41,798 nt of DNA from Phoronis australis (Eukaryota; Animalia; Phoronida): the NCBI GenBank assembly GCA_002633005.1, contig NMRA01000123.1:228621-270418 (forward strand), written 5' to 3'. The notes beneath the pieces are model-generated. The model saw only the letters and a list, made by a program, of their open reading frames with translations, was not told where the DNA came from and did no database searches. This document shows, piece by piece, positions 1 through 12,700 of the stretch; within the stretch, counting starts at the first letter, position 1, and every line of letters starts with the position of its first letter. The translations under genes and the position numbers were made by a program.

Positions 1-196
1 GGTGATGGAGGAACAGATAAACTCAAGCGCCTGTGAAGTCAACCACAGGAACAAAAAAAAATTACGGGTGGTTGCATTTCAAACTTATAAAAAATTACGG
101 GTGGTAGGCTGAAGAAATAAATGAAAAATATGGGTGGTGGGTGCGAAAAAAAGGTGCCTCCCTCCCTCCCATACAGATTTTACTGGAACAGCCCTA
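1..196. repeat. 3' end of a MITE-like repeat
   Basis: Repeated AAAAATTACGGGTGGT motif, ending in TGGAACAGCCCTA. Confidence 0.4.
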
Positions 197-1098
197 ACGT
201 CTTTCTACGGTACTTCAGTTGTAATATCCAACACTAGATGTAATTGATGCAGCTAATGCATTGAAAAAAGGTCGCACACATACAAGAGATTTCTAGTCTG
301 TCACTTGTAGAAAGTTAGTGGGCAAATTCTTGGAAAGAGAGCTTGAATCAAAATAACTTTAGCATAGCTAGAAGTAAAGAGTGGATAGAGATGATTGAGG
401 CAGGGTTTCCCCTGGGTTTTGAAAAGAGCGTGGTGGTGAATGGCCAAAACGGGGTGCAAAATCCGTTGCTGCACGCAAATATGAAAAGTGGGATCCCCCT
501 ATTGCCTGGGTTTCGAAAGGAGTATGGGAGGGTGGGAGACCTTCTCCAGGCAAAATTTGAAAAACTAGATGCAATTGGGTGCAGTTTGGTGCATTATACA
601 AGTCTACTCATCATAGGCAAGACAAGACCTTAACCTGAGCATCATGTAGTGGAAGTATCTGGGTAAAGGATACTGCGCAAGACAAACTGGCAATGAAGTG
701 TCCGGCACAGTGACTAGTGAGATCTCTGTCGAGACACAGTTGTAGATGCACTTGAGTACACACAAAAGTGTTAAAATTCAATTATCCACAATGTGACGAA
801 CGAAGAGCAAAAAATATTTTAACTTTTTATACGCAATAAACTAATTTGTGTAACGAAACTTCCGTTGATATCGTCTTGCTAAACATAAATAGGTGATAGT
901 GGATTGACGTTGGCCGCCGTAGCAGACGATGTATAATCCAGTCCATGCAGACGAATCTGAGACTGGTTTCCATTCAATGTAGCCACTTTGGCGCAGGGAT
1001 ATGGTTGCTTAAACAGTTGAATGTCGCACCCTGCAGAATAATTCACAATATCTTTCGTTTCGTAAAGTTGGACACGATAAAATGAATGAAGCAGAAAG

Positions 1099-1588
1099 CA
1101 GGGCTTGGAATGACCGATGACAGAAAAGCGTAAATTTTTACAGCCAAAACATGCACGCTTCCCAGTCTTGAAATAGTCGATGTGGACCTTTACCGACAAA
1201 AATCGGGACTAAAAAACGGTACCACCTCCAGAAGTGTGCGTCTGCGTCTTTAGCTTGTCCGTCCACTCCCACCTCCACAATTTTTGGCTGCAGAGTCGTA
1301 GTATTTGTCACCGCGGTTTACAATCACAAGAGACGCACCGTTTTGCCGAGAGCAGAGCCAATGAAAAATCCACCACGCTATCCCAGATGCCCCGGCAATG
1401 TTGACAATTTACTTTCCTTCGAAACATATAGAGCAACTTCCGCTTTTCGAGGTGAAAGTCGTCAGCAACGCCGCGGTAAGAAAGAAATTTGCCGCGGAAA
1501 TTTTATATCAAATCAGATTTTTTTTAACGCGGACAGAACATTTGAAAAAAGCGGAACTCCGCGTTTCCGCGGAAAATTCCAAGCCTTG
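1099..1588. mobile_element. hAT-like MITE
   Basis: TIRs CAGGGCTTGGAA / TTCCAAGCCTTG (1 mismatch), flanking AGAAAG direct repeat, multiple subterminal CCGCGG motifs. Confidence 0.65.
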
Positions 1589-4369
1589 AGAAAGCTTACT
1601 TTTCCTTACTTCATTAGCGAGCCCTGGCGCGCTTTCCCAATTTAGAAAATTTGTATCAAGGTCGTTGCCTGGTCCCCGGCTGTATTAAGTTTATGTGCCT
1701 TATCGTATAACCAGGCAGAGAGGAGGTACGAAAGGGGATTGAATGATTGCCTTTTCGGGACACAATTCAAGATCCCATTGTAAAATGATTATTTTTGCCT
1801 TTCGATCCACAAACGACAAAAGGTGCCGTGTGACTTGTACTTATTCATTATTACTAGCAATCATTTTTACTTACAATTCATTTTATTAGCAATCATTTTT
1901 ACTAACAATCATTTTTACAAGCGTTTGCGTGGCGGTGAAGTTTACCCGTCACGATTAGGTGTGTGACAGTCAATTTGAGTATGGAGCGTGGCAGGCCGCC
2001 CAGAAGTTTATACACAGGGGAAACCCTGTGAGGTATATACTGGTATCATCCATGTGCGATAATGTTTGTAGGAGATATGAAGTACTGAGGGACCCAGCAA
2101 CTAGACTTTCACCTAACGTGTTACTGTGATAAATTCTGTTAACGTCACACTTTTCTAATCACTAATTAGAATTCAAATCCAATTCAATTACAATGACTTT
2201 TATTTCCCTTTTGTGTTATTGGTCTTTTTAAATAAATCAACAAATTCGGTGAAGATCTCAACATTTTGTGAAATAAACTCGGTCTTTAAAATAAGTAAAA
2301 CAGGATGGTATTTAAAGTGAAAACCCATGAATATTAACGTTGGGTTTCTATGTGTCTTGCCGGTGATTTGGGAAAATGTAAAACAAGACATGCGCCATTC
2401 CAGTCTTCTCTCGTTTCTTTACATTAGCAGACCAAATAATAGTCTCAAATTTTAATAATGAAATGAATTTTGTTTTTACAATATTCTACATCTTACCATA
2501 CTTACTATCACCATATAACTTACAAAATGTGGTATGAATCGCCCAAACAACTAATAATGCGCCTCGTTTCTTCGTCTTCCCTCTCGCAAATGAAATACCC
2601 TAGTTTCTCGGGTCGATAACCTTCACCACCACAGGCTGCCATTCATGAGAAGCGTGTACGTGAACTAGGCAATTGCGACGATTGTGAGCCAATCACTTTT
2701 GAGCCTTCAGAAGCCCACGTGTGTGAAGTCGCAGTGCGCATGTCCACGCTTTGCCTCTGGCACCTCTCCATCACCAGGTGGCGAAACCGGGTGTGCGTTC
2801 AGTTGACGCTACTATGACTTACGTACGCTACGACCGGCTAAAATCTAGTCAAAGTCACGTGTTCTAATTTGAAATACACGGCAATATCTCACGTAATTTC
2901 GCCTAGCGTTACTGCACGGGAGGCGGCTTGTACTCCAGTCGTGTTCGTCGAATCAGTTTTGACCCGTTTCGACCGTACGGTGGATTTATCATTTATAGGG
3001 TTTACTTTGCTTTGTGTTAGCAACATTATAAAACCTCTCTGAGATTTGAAATTTTGTTGTGATATTTCCCCAGCTTCATCATGCTCCTTTGTCATAATGT
3101 CTATCTCAGGTGGGATCCCAGTGCAGTCAAATGACAAACCATTACGGGTAGTAGTACCAAGATACGCACTTTTCAGCTTGGTGGCTGTGGTGCATGGCTA
3201 TCTCAGATTTTGACTCCCGAGTTTCCTACGTCTGGCCACCTGTTGGATCTCGACACTCTAGTGATGAGTCCCAGGAAATTGTTGTTTTCAAGGACATTTT
3301 ATTTTATGTTTTTTTTTTTTATTTATTTCAACCTAATGGACATTATTTTGTTTCGTATCAGAAGTACATTTTTGTTATTCATAAACCGTAGGCTGGCGTT
3401 CAACTGAACTTTTCTCCCGGTCAAAATCTGAGAGATTCGATCGGCACAGGGAAGGGCACTGGATTACTGCCGGACTCAAAGCCTTGGTCGAGTTGTCGTC
3501 AATAAAAATAAACTGTTGAATTACTTTTTGACGTGTACCTCTAGTATACACTATGTCTGAGAGTTAGAGAGAGCTCATTTTGAAGTTGTTCAAACATGAC
3601 ATTTAGATTTATGAAGCTTTAAAAAAGAATTTGAGTTATTTTTGTAAATACCCTATTTTTGCAACTACCACACCAGACTTGTAATCTTTTGTAGCCATAC
3701 CAGTACGACTAAGTGATCATGCTACCTTCAAAATTAAATGAAAGCTACCTTTATGGAATGAAACTACAAAAAATGCCAAGTTCATAAGAAGGTAGGCCTA
3801 ATTTAAATGTCTTTAAGCTGTGAAGAGATACATTCGTACGAATTAAGAAAAGTGACCCATCGGTGTAAAGTGCCATCGGAGTGAGAATATACTGGGCCTA
3901 CATTTTTATTGCGTTTTTACTCGATCGTTAATCGATTAAAATGTCAAGGAATCATGAACATCCAGAGTAATGGCCCTTCGGATTAACTTTAATATTTAGA
4001 CTACGTGTCAGTCATTTGGGGAAGTTAGGCAGTGATTACTAGTGAACTTCGTTCGCGGCTTATTTCGGACACAGTTGGTGACTGGTTGTACATGGAACCA
4101 CAGTTATTAACATTGACGTTTCATCAATAATTGACACAGCAGCAATTTCGCTAGAAGTGCAGAAAATGGCATAAGCCAAATATGTAATAGCCACAGACAA
4201 GACCTGTGCCGTCTGCCTCAAGTGGACAATAGCTCAGCTGACAGCTCACGCCAATGTTTAACGTCATTCAATGAACCAGTCATATTTTCACGCCTTGGCG
4301 TAAGGCAAGGAGTGTACGCAGAATTGCACTACCGACTCCTTGGCGAAAGCTGTCAAATCAGCTATGGGT

Positions 4370-4406
4370 CAACCTCGTCCCCATAAGCCTCTTGGGGACG
4401 AGGCTG
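4370..4406. mobile_element. 37-bp mini-MITE with ~10-bp target-site duplication
   Basis: CAACCTCGTCCCCA / TGGGGACGAGGCTG TIRs, flanked by AGCTATGGGT (4360-4369) and AGCTAAGGGT (4407-4416). Confidence 0.65.
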
Positions 4407-4808
4407 AGCTAAGGGTCACTTGAAACTGACAGCTCAGCTGGGTCGCCTGACTCTTGTCGTTTGCGGTGGCCCCAACGGTTTATTTCAAAAAGTTTGGCCG
4501 GTGTAGAAGCTGTCACAAGCTTTCCTCCAAAAAGTAAAAATTATACATCTACTCTGCATTTGATTTGAGACAATCCTTGACTTATGCTGAAACCTGGCCC
4601 AAACCTGGGCAAAGAACGAGTCATTGTATATTCAAATTTTATTGTGAAAATTTAGCAAGAACGTATATGCACCTAAGGAACCAATCATCTGAGCGCCCCT
4701 GAGTGGAGTCAGCTGCTTTCATAGGCCGCACTTGATTGACATTGCCGGTTCCGCCGGGTGAACTAGCTCATTGGATCTCGATAATGACATCCTGCTTACG
4801 CTAGACCT

Positions 4809-4933
4809 ATCTGGGTAGAGTTCGGCAGCTGTTTCGCGAGTAGCGCTACTAGAAAATGTACCCGACAACATCTCGCGTAATCTCGGGAAGTCTTGTTTAT
4901 CAGCGAGTTCCTAGCCTTTGACTCTACCCAGAT
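4809..4933. mobile_element. Short MITE with TIR ATCTGGGTAGAGT / ACTCTACCCAGAT
   Basis: 13-bp perfect inverted ends; interior shares ATCTC.CGTAATCTCG.GAAGTCTTG with the 24187 family. Confidence 0.6.
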
Positions 4934-7900
4934 GTCTTAGCCGGTGGACCTGGTAAAGTCAAACAAGTACACATTTAGATTGTTCTTCGGCCATTGATAT
5001 AGGGCCTATACGGCGGACGTCGATTAGAATTTTCCTAACAAGTAAACGCATTAAAACTGGCACACACAGCACCATTTTAAAATGTCACCAACCATCAGTT
5101 AACACTAAAAGCAATTTCTCAAAACACCACATACTCCAGTTATTTGTCAGACACCTCGGACCCCAACACAAGTCTAGACCTCACCTCATGTATTAGGCCA
5201 CCTACTCAAGATTTAAAGTAAATGCCCGTCTTGATCACAAAAGGTCACTTTTTTAAAATTCAATACAAACGTTCAATCAATTAAATCAACATATTTAAGG
5301 TTCAAGAGATAGACACCCTGGAGAACATTTTTAGTCACACGACCGCGTTTATTCCGGAATAGCCCCAATTTCCAGTGTTTGTACGAGAATAGAAAATTAC
5401 GTTTCAGTATCTCACATAACTACTATGGTATTGCAGGCAAAGAAAACGGCCGTCTCATTTTCAAGTCCAGTTCTGGGGTAGAAAGACCATGACAGGAAAT
5501 TCTGGGTGAATGTGGGATATGAAGAGATAAGAACAGAATCTGAGCCAAGCTTTGTGCGAAAATTCACATCTGAGTGGAACGTATGGCATGCTGTGTAAAA
5601 GTTAAAGATCAAGCGTTTTTTGGAATTACCTTGAAGTCGCGAACACGCGTTTCTGCCAATCACGATGGGTTTTGCGAAATAAAAGTTTTATGACTTGAAA
5701 ATAAGTATTTAAAAATGTGACCCTTGGTTAAGAAGGTGAGCGACTTGGCATCCTAAATACGATCTCTCTCAAACCGTCGTATGAAACACGTCAGCGACAA
5801 TAATATAAAAATAAAAACGGGTGGCGGTGTTCCTCCAAACGTGCGAAGCCGTTCTAGCTAAGCCCCATACTACCGCCATTTATTACGATAAGTCAAAATC
5901 AAGTAAATCGAGCTTGCCATGGCAAATCTACATAACTGGACAGGCCTATAGTACACCAGCACGACCAACTGGCCTAGTCACGTGACACATATCTGGCCAA
6001 TAAGGACTAAAGACACCACCACATTGTCCCATTATAGTTTGTTTTAGGTGGTGAGTCAGGGAGGATACACCTTTAAAGAAGCTGCAGAGCAAGATCAGTA
6101 CATCAACTTGGTCACAAACCTACATGCTCTTTGAGAACAACTTACGTTTAGCTTTTGAAATCAGGCACAACAAGCCACGTGGAAATCTTCTGGCGGCCAT
6201 ACTTGGCAGACAACTGATCCTACTAACACATGGCTAACTCAACATGTCAGTTCTCATGTCTAGAAATCATTCTTAATCGGAGGAAGCCATAAAATATAAC
6301 CTAAACAACTTGGTTTTTGAAAGCAAGGCGCAGATTTTTGCCCCTTTAAAGTCCCAAGCAATTAACTATTTCAAGCTAAAGAGCTGGAGAAGATGCAAAG
6401 TGAAATTCAAATATATATATTGTTAAAAGGATACTAAACCCTGTTTTGATGATTTCAACCAATCCCTTTGCGTTTCCTACTAATGCATCACTGGCATCAA
6501 TCTCGAAAGATAACAACAGGAATCGACTAAAAACTCGTTCTCTCTATTTCACAAATTGGACATCACGGTGGATGGCCTTTTCCCCACAGTTGCCCCGGCT
6601 GTAATTCGCTAAAAGCTTACCTCATGCTAGCCCATTTAGCAGACTTTGGAAGGAGTTTTCAAATTTCCCTCCAAATTTCTGAAGGTTGTCGAGTTACAGA
6701 GCATTGTTTCGTTTCAGAGAACTGGACAGGAAAGTCGTCTTTAGTATCTGTTACTAGGCCAAAACTGGGTTTAGTATGCTTTTAAGGGCTCCTCAGAACA
6801 AGCTCCACAGGGTCTGTGTTATCCTGCATAATTAGGAGTACAAACTCACCACCAAAGGGCTCCACCCAAAACACTGAATCAAAACAATGGTTTTCAGATA
6901 ATGTGGCTGTATGGGGCTTCAAATGACCTTGTTCCCTACATAGTTGTTTTTTTTTTTTCATTTGTCTAAGTAGCTTTCAGTTTCTATCATACCAAGGACT
7001 TTCTATGCACATGGAACCCAACAGCACTCTACAGGAACTCCTGGGTTTTACTATGCTGCCACTGTCTACACAGGAAAAAGTAAAGCAACTATCTAACAAT
7101 AGAATAGAGAATGTTTTCATTACGCAGGCAATTAAAAGAAAGGTACAGTACAAACCAAAAGTAATGGGATAAAATTAACCAGAATCCCTAGTCCCCTGAG
7201 CGGAAGTTGAACTCATCCGAGTAACCTTCCCTCATGACTGAATTTCAAACTTGAAGGAATTAACAGTAAAATTAGTAAGGTGGCCCAGGCAATCAGTAAT
7301 TAAAAAACTTTTCTTGCCATAATTTTTGATCCAGTCATTTTAGCATTTGACAGAATTGACAGTCGTGATAAGGAAACGCTTTTTGTCAGATTACTTTTGT
7401 TTTGTACTGTAGGGTCTGACCAGTGCTAACTCCCTGTTCTGGTCACTTGCTGCACAGAGGGAAGCACTTCTATTGAGTGGGTATAGGGAAACATTGGCTA
7501 AAATCTATTTGTCGAACTATTCTACATTACTGTTAAACTTTCCACAAAATCCTTACAGTAGGCCCATATGTGGTTGGTGAGGACAGAAGCCATTGCAACA
7601 GGCTCTTTCAAATTCTGACAAATGTTGCACCAATAACACTACACGATGTCTTACACTTCAGTGGTACGGTGGCGAAGCTTGGCCACAACACTCTTAAACA
7701 AGGGTAAGAAACAATATATATACACAGCAAGCTTTAACGCTTGACTATTAAATCCACACACATGCACACACATGGACAAAAACTAGCTGGCATCCTAAAA
7801 CAATCATTAACATACAAGTCGGCTAAATTGACAATTTTAACGAGTCTACACAGAACTCAAACCAAGTTTAAAACAATAACAAAATACAATTTCCAAAAAT

Positions 7901-9667
7901 ACAAAAGCTTAAATGTTGGAAACTCAGGCACAGATCTCAGAGGTGGGGAGCTGCGGCTCATTACTCTTCTTCAGAAGTCCGTAACATTTTTTCAAACAAA
8001 AGTTGACGAGAATCAACCAATTGTTAAATCTCTTTTTTTATTGTGCAACCAGCCTTATTTGTGCATTCAGCATGGAAAAGTAGAAAAGTCGCGGAAAAGA
8101 ATTCAGAATTCTGTAAGAATTATCTGTTAACCCTTCAGAAATTTGTATTTTTTACAGTTAAAACAAATGACGACAGATATATTGGAGAGCATACATTGCA
8201 ACTTTTCTAACATTGCAGTATTTAAATCAAGTTCAAATGTAAGCTGCTATTCCCATGGAACTTCTGTTGAGGAAATCCCAAATTTGCGCCTGAAGCTTCC
8301 AGTAAAATAAGTTACGCATTGATTATTACAATTATCTGCCAAACAGCCATAAATAACTCTTTTAAATATCTAAACCTAATAACACACACAACTACAACAA
8401 TTAAAAAGAAATAGTAAAGTGATAGTGGACAATGGTCTAGTCTAGTAGCGGTAACTAGGTCAAGTCAAACTCACCAACTTCAAAGTGGGTCAAATCGATT
8501 TAGAAGTGCTGACTTCCTGTTGGAGCAATCAATGAACTCCATTCTGTTTACGGTGTGAAATCATGTGTAACTGGGAATGCTAATCAAAACAAGAACCACA
8601 GATGGCGTTGCATGTCGAGAGCTTCATTCCTCAAGAACTTGACATTCAGGTTTTCTGCAGTACACGCCAAAGGTAACCGAACAAAGTGACCAGGAATACC
8701 CCCATCACGATAGCCGAGCACAAGTGGGATTTCCGGTCTCGATGACCGAGTTCAACATGAGATTAGCGAAAACACGACAGAGAAAGGGTATTTTGGCTGA
8801 TTACTTTGGGCAGTGTATGGATGAAAAGTGTTACGGGACAGGTAAATGAGAAAGAGCATGCTCCACCTACAACCCGTACATCAGAAAAAGAGACAAGGAT
8901 GAGTGCATCGAGACTTGACGATGATGTCACAACAGACACACTTGGGTTACTATTGAGAGTCCGTAGAACAATATAAGGACTGCCTAATGCTGGCTGAAGA
9001 CAATACCTTTGACACGGCACAAGTTGACACTGCGCAGACGTTGCCTCAATACTTATTAATTTCTGTGACGTACAGGAAAATTGTGGAGAGGCAAAAGTGT
9101 TCGGCCACAAGCCACTTCTGCTATTAATCCAGTGCACGAGTATCAATTTGCAGCCTCTTAACTTCTGTTTATACGAGTACTTGGACCCACGTCAGTTTCC
9201 TGGGCATCAATAGCGCATGTAAAACTATATAACAAACATTTTGTAATACTACCATGACCTAATTGTGAACCAAACTAAAAGCAAGTATTTATCATGACAG
9301 TGAATTACGCCTCCTCCCGCCCAGCAGCCTTTAACAGCAAACACCAAGAAATCCATAATTTTACTAAAACGCACTTATCCAAAACAATCAATACCTCCCT
9401 ACAGCATTTAACAATATGCCGAGTTTCTCACTCGGGGTAAATCGAAACACAACAGTGCACTGCTTGATCAGCTACTCAGTAAGCTGATACTAAACACAAT
9501 GCAAAACAAGTTTACAAAAGTTTAAACCAGAACAATGTCTATCTAAACTCATGTCAATTATTACGTTCTCACTTTGAAAACAAACAGAAACCCATAAACA
9601 AGCTACCAAAAAGTGAGAATGATTTTGCAACCATGGTGTTTTGTTGCACCACCAGACATTGTCTGCT

Positions 9668-9779
9668 CTAGTTGTCCGGGCAGTCGCGAGCGAAGTGACC
9701 AGGTTGACCACACGTGTAACATTTCTGTTCATCATCTTCCTCCTCACAATCTCGTCGTAAGTGGTCAGTACTACCACAC
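9668..9779 (-). CDS. CNBP: CNBP-like last coding exon (end of knuckle 7, knuckle 8, TAG stop)
   Basis: tgtgcag|GTGTGGT ... GACAACTAG; (K)[36 protein letters not shown]. Confidence 0.92.
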
Positions 9780-12700
9780 CTGCACACCAAACACAAAAAA
9801 TAGTTGAAAGCTAGCACTGACAATTAAACGTAAAACTGCTATGGTTTGCCTTGTGTACAATTTGCAGCTTACATGGTCTTGAATTATCCACACCTGTTTG
9901 ACTGTTTACTTTGTCAAACAAATAATTCACGGAATTATACAGCGAATGCCCACAAATCAAAACATATCACAGACACATAAGATTATAATTACACCCATTA
10001 AGTTCACTCAAAGAAAATTAATTTCAATATATACATTATAGACATCTTTCTCAATAGACAAACAGAAGCTGCGATTAACAGCACAAGCTATAGGCAGTAG
10101 ATTCTGTTATAAAGAACTATGTCTCCTAATACTTTATAGTTAAAGAGCCTGTTTTACCTGAAACATAAGAACCATATTATCTGTGGATATGTGGAGTTAA
10201 AATTTTGAATTTCAGATTACAACATGGACCAAGCGAAGTTCATGGATTGTTTCACTGGTAATACTAAATTGTCGCAAATACAATTGATCCCAGTTTAAAT
10301 CGTGGCAATTTTTAGTTTGACCCAATTTTCACTGTGACTAAATATAAATACCCTGAAACCACTATCTACAAATACTTTTACAAGTCACAAATTTTGTCTT
10401 TATTTAACCCCACACTGCCTACATTTTGTTACCAAGCCTTCCCCTTCGACAAATTATCAACACCTACTTATAGCACTTGCGTGGGTTCGCGCCCTTGCGT
10501 CTCATGTTCCCACTGCCCCCAGCTGAGCCCTGATTGGGACACGCCGTGGATATATGTCCAGTCTCGCCGCAGACATAACACGTGCGGCTATCTTCCTTGG
10601 TTTCATTCTCTGGGCAGTCCTTGACCAAGTGATCAGCACTTCCGCATGTGTAGCAGGTCTTGGCTTCTCCACCCATAGGACAGTCACGGGCCTTGTGGTT
10701 CTTGTCTCCACAAGTGTAGCATGCCCCTGGAAGGTAAACGGCGGCTGGGGATCACAGAAAACTAATAGCATCATTCTTCACTAATTAATAATTGCCAAAT
10801 TGTCATTTTCTATTTCACAAAGGCAAAGTACCTTGCTGCAAATGAGGTCAAATTTACCAAACTACCTCGCTGCAAATGAGGTCAAATTTACCAAACTACC
10901 TTGATGCAAATGAGGTCAAATTTACCAAACTATCTTGCTGCAAATGAGGTCAGATTTACCAAACTACCTTGCTGCAAATGAGGTCAAATTTACCAAACTA
11001 CCTTGCTGCAAATGAGGTCAAATTTACCAAACGTTACTTTGAAACACGTGTCTGCACACTACAAAACTAAGCTAGTAACAATCTACCTTTTTCTTACTTT
11101 TGTTGACAAATCTGACACTTCCCTAGTCTGCCATACCAACTACTAAGCTGAATAATTGCTCTACTTAGGTTTTGAGAACCAGTCTTCTCCACTGAATAAT
11201 GTGTATCAAACTGGTTCTCAACATATGGGACCGTTATAACCGGCTATTACCTAGGCAACCACTCTCATCTTTTCATGTCCTGACAAACATCATTTGCTCT
11301 GGAGCAATTTTATGACAAATTAAGATTAATTAAGACATTGTGATTAGTGCATCTGATCTGTTTGAAAATCAACACCAGCCATGATCTCACCAAAAGAAGT
11401 GCACAATTCACGTATTCGTCAAATTTCATGGCAAACATCAAACTTTTTATATGTAAAAATCAACTTACTCAGAGACCAGTAATAAGTTCTAACGTTTCGA
11501 ACTGTGCTCTGTAGTTCTTTGTCAACGACTGGTAGGGGCGTCTTGGTTTCCAGTCCTTCTGTTATTCGGTAGTAGTATAGCCTCATATATCGGCGGAAGT
11601 TGCAGACCTTGGTCCCAGTTCATACCAAGTTTGTCCACCCCAAAGATCCCACCCCACTTAATCGCCAATGTTGTGTTATATATCAACTGTCATGCACTGA
11701 AGACCTATCTCATACTTACATCAGTGAGACCAAGCGATCCCTGGGCAACAGAACCAAAGAACACAATAAACTGGACAAGCCCACTGGAGTGGGAGAACAT
11801 CTCAGAATCTCTGGCCACACTGTATGTGGCAAACATGCCAAGATACTGGCTAAAGAGGAAAACTGGTTTTCTAGAAAGGTCAAAGAGTCTATATAAATAA
11901 AAACCAACAAACATATTATGAATCGTGACCAAAGTCTGCAACTTCAGCCGATATATGACGCTATACTACTTCCGGATAACAGAAGGACCAGAAACCAAGA
12001 CGACCCCCTACCAATCGTTGACGAAGAACTGTAGAGCACAGTTCGAAACGTTCGAACTTCTATATTACCAGTCTCTGAGAAAGTTGATTTTTACTTCTAA
12101 ACACACCTTCACCGAGACCATGAAAAACCTCTTTTCAATCAAACTTCAAACTGTTTGATGGACACACAGAAATATAAAATTGTTATTAGGTCGCACAGCA
12201 ATGGCTGAATTTTTAAGTCGTCCTCATCTTTCAAGAACACACCTGCCAAATTTCAGTAAGATCCTGCAAATTTGGGCTTTTTTATTACAAAAAAGACACA
12301 CAGAGAATTGATCCAAAACAACTGCACTATTTAATCATGTCAGTTTGCACACAAAGTTTTAAGCGTAAAAGTTTACGTAATTTAATAACAGTGCATAAAA
12401 ATCGCAAGTTTGAGAATTTGTGACAATAAGTGTAAATAGTACCCAAGTTTAAGTATTATTATTGACTACAGCCAAACCAGTATTTGTCCTTTAACTTCCA
12501 AGACATAAGGAGTAGATTGAAATGAAGTTTCTTTCTCCTCACGTATAATTTATTCTAATATTTAATTTTTTCAAATTAAACAACAAAATGTTTTGTCGCA
12601 AAAAATGAGAGCACCCCCAATTAAAAGAGGAACTAAACATTTTTCCGACCAACCAACCTGCTGATGAAGAGTGAAACTAGGGCGAGAAGGATGAATGTAC

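Noticed and set aside
343-1645. ORFs 343..633, 879..1199 and 1343..1645 as genes
   Set aside because: No recognisable domains or exon chain; they overlap MITE-like repeats.
6850-6873. 24-nt micro-exon-like segment on minus (ttcag|...|gtgagt) downstream of the CNBP stop
   Set aside because: No partner exons with plausible intron lengths or reading frame were found.
10827-11030. 34-bp repeats as a CRISPR array
   Set aside because: Units are contiguous with no unique spacers, there are no cas genes, and the context is a eukaryotic intron.
12661-12680. CTGATGAAGAGTGAAAC as a hammerhead core (similarly CTGATGAGATCTGTGAAAC on minus at about 13005-13023)
   Set aside because: No stem II pairing and no compatible stems I/III.
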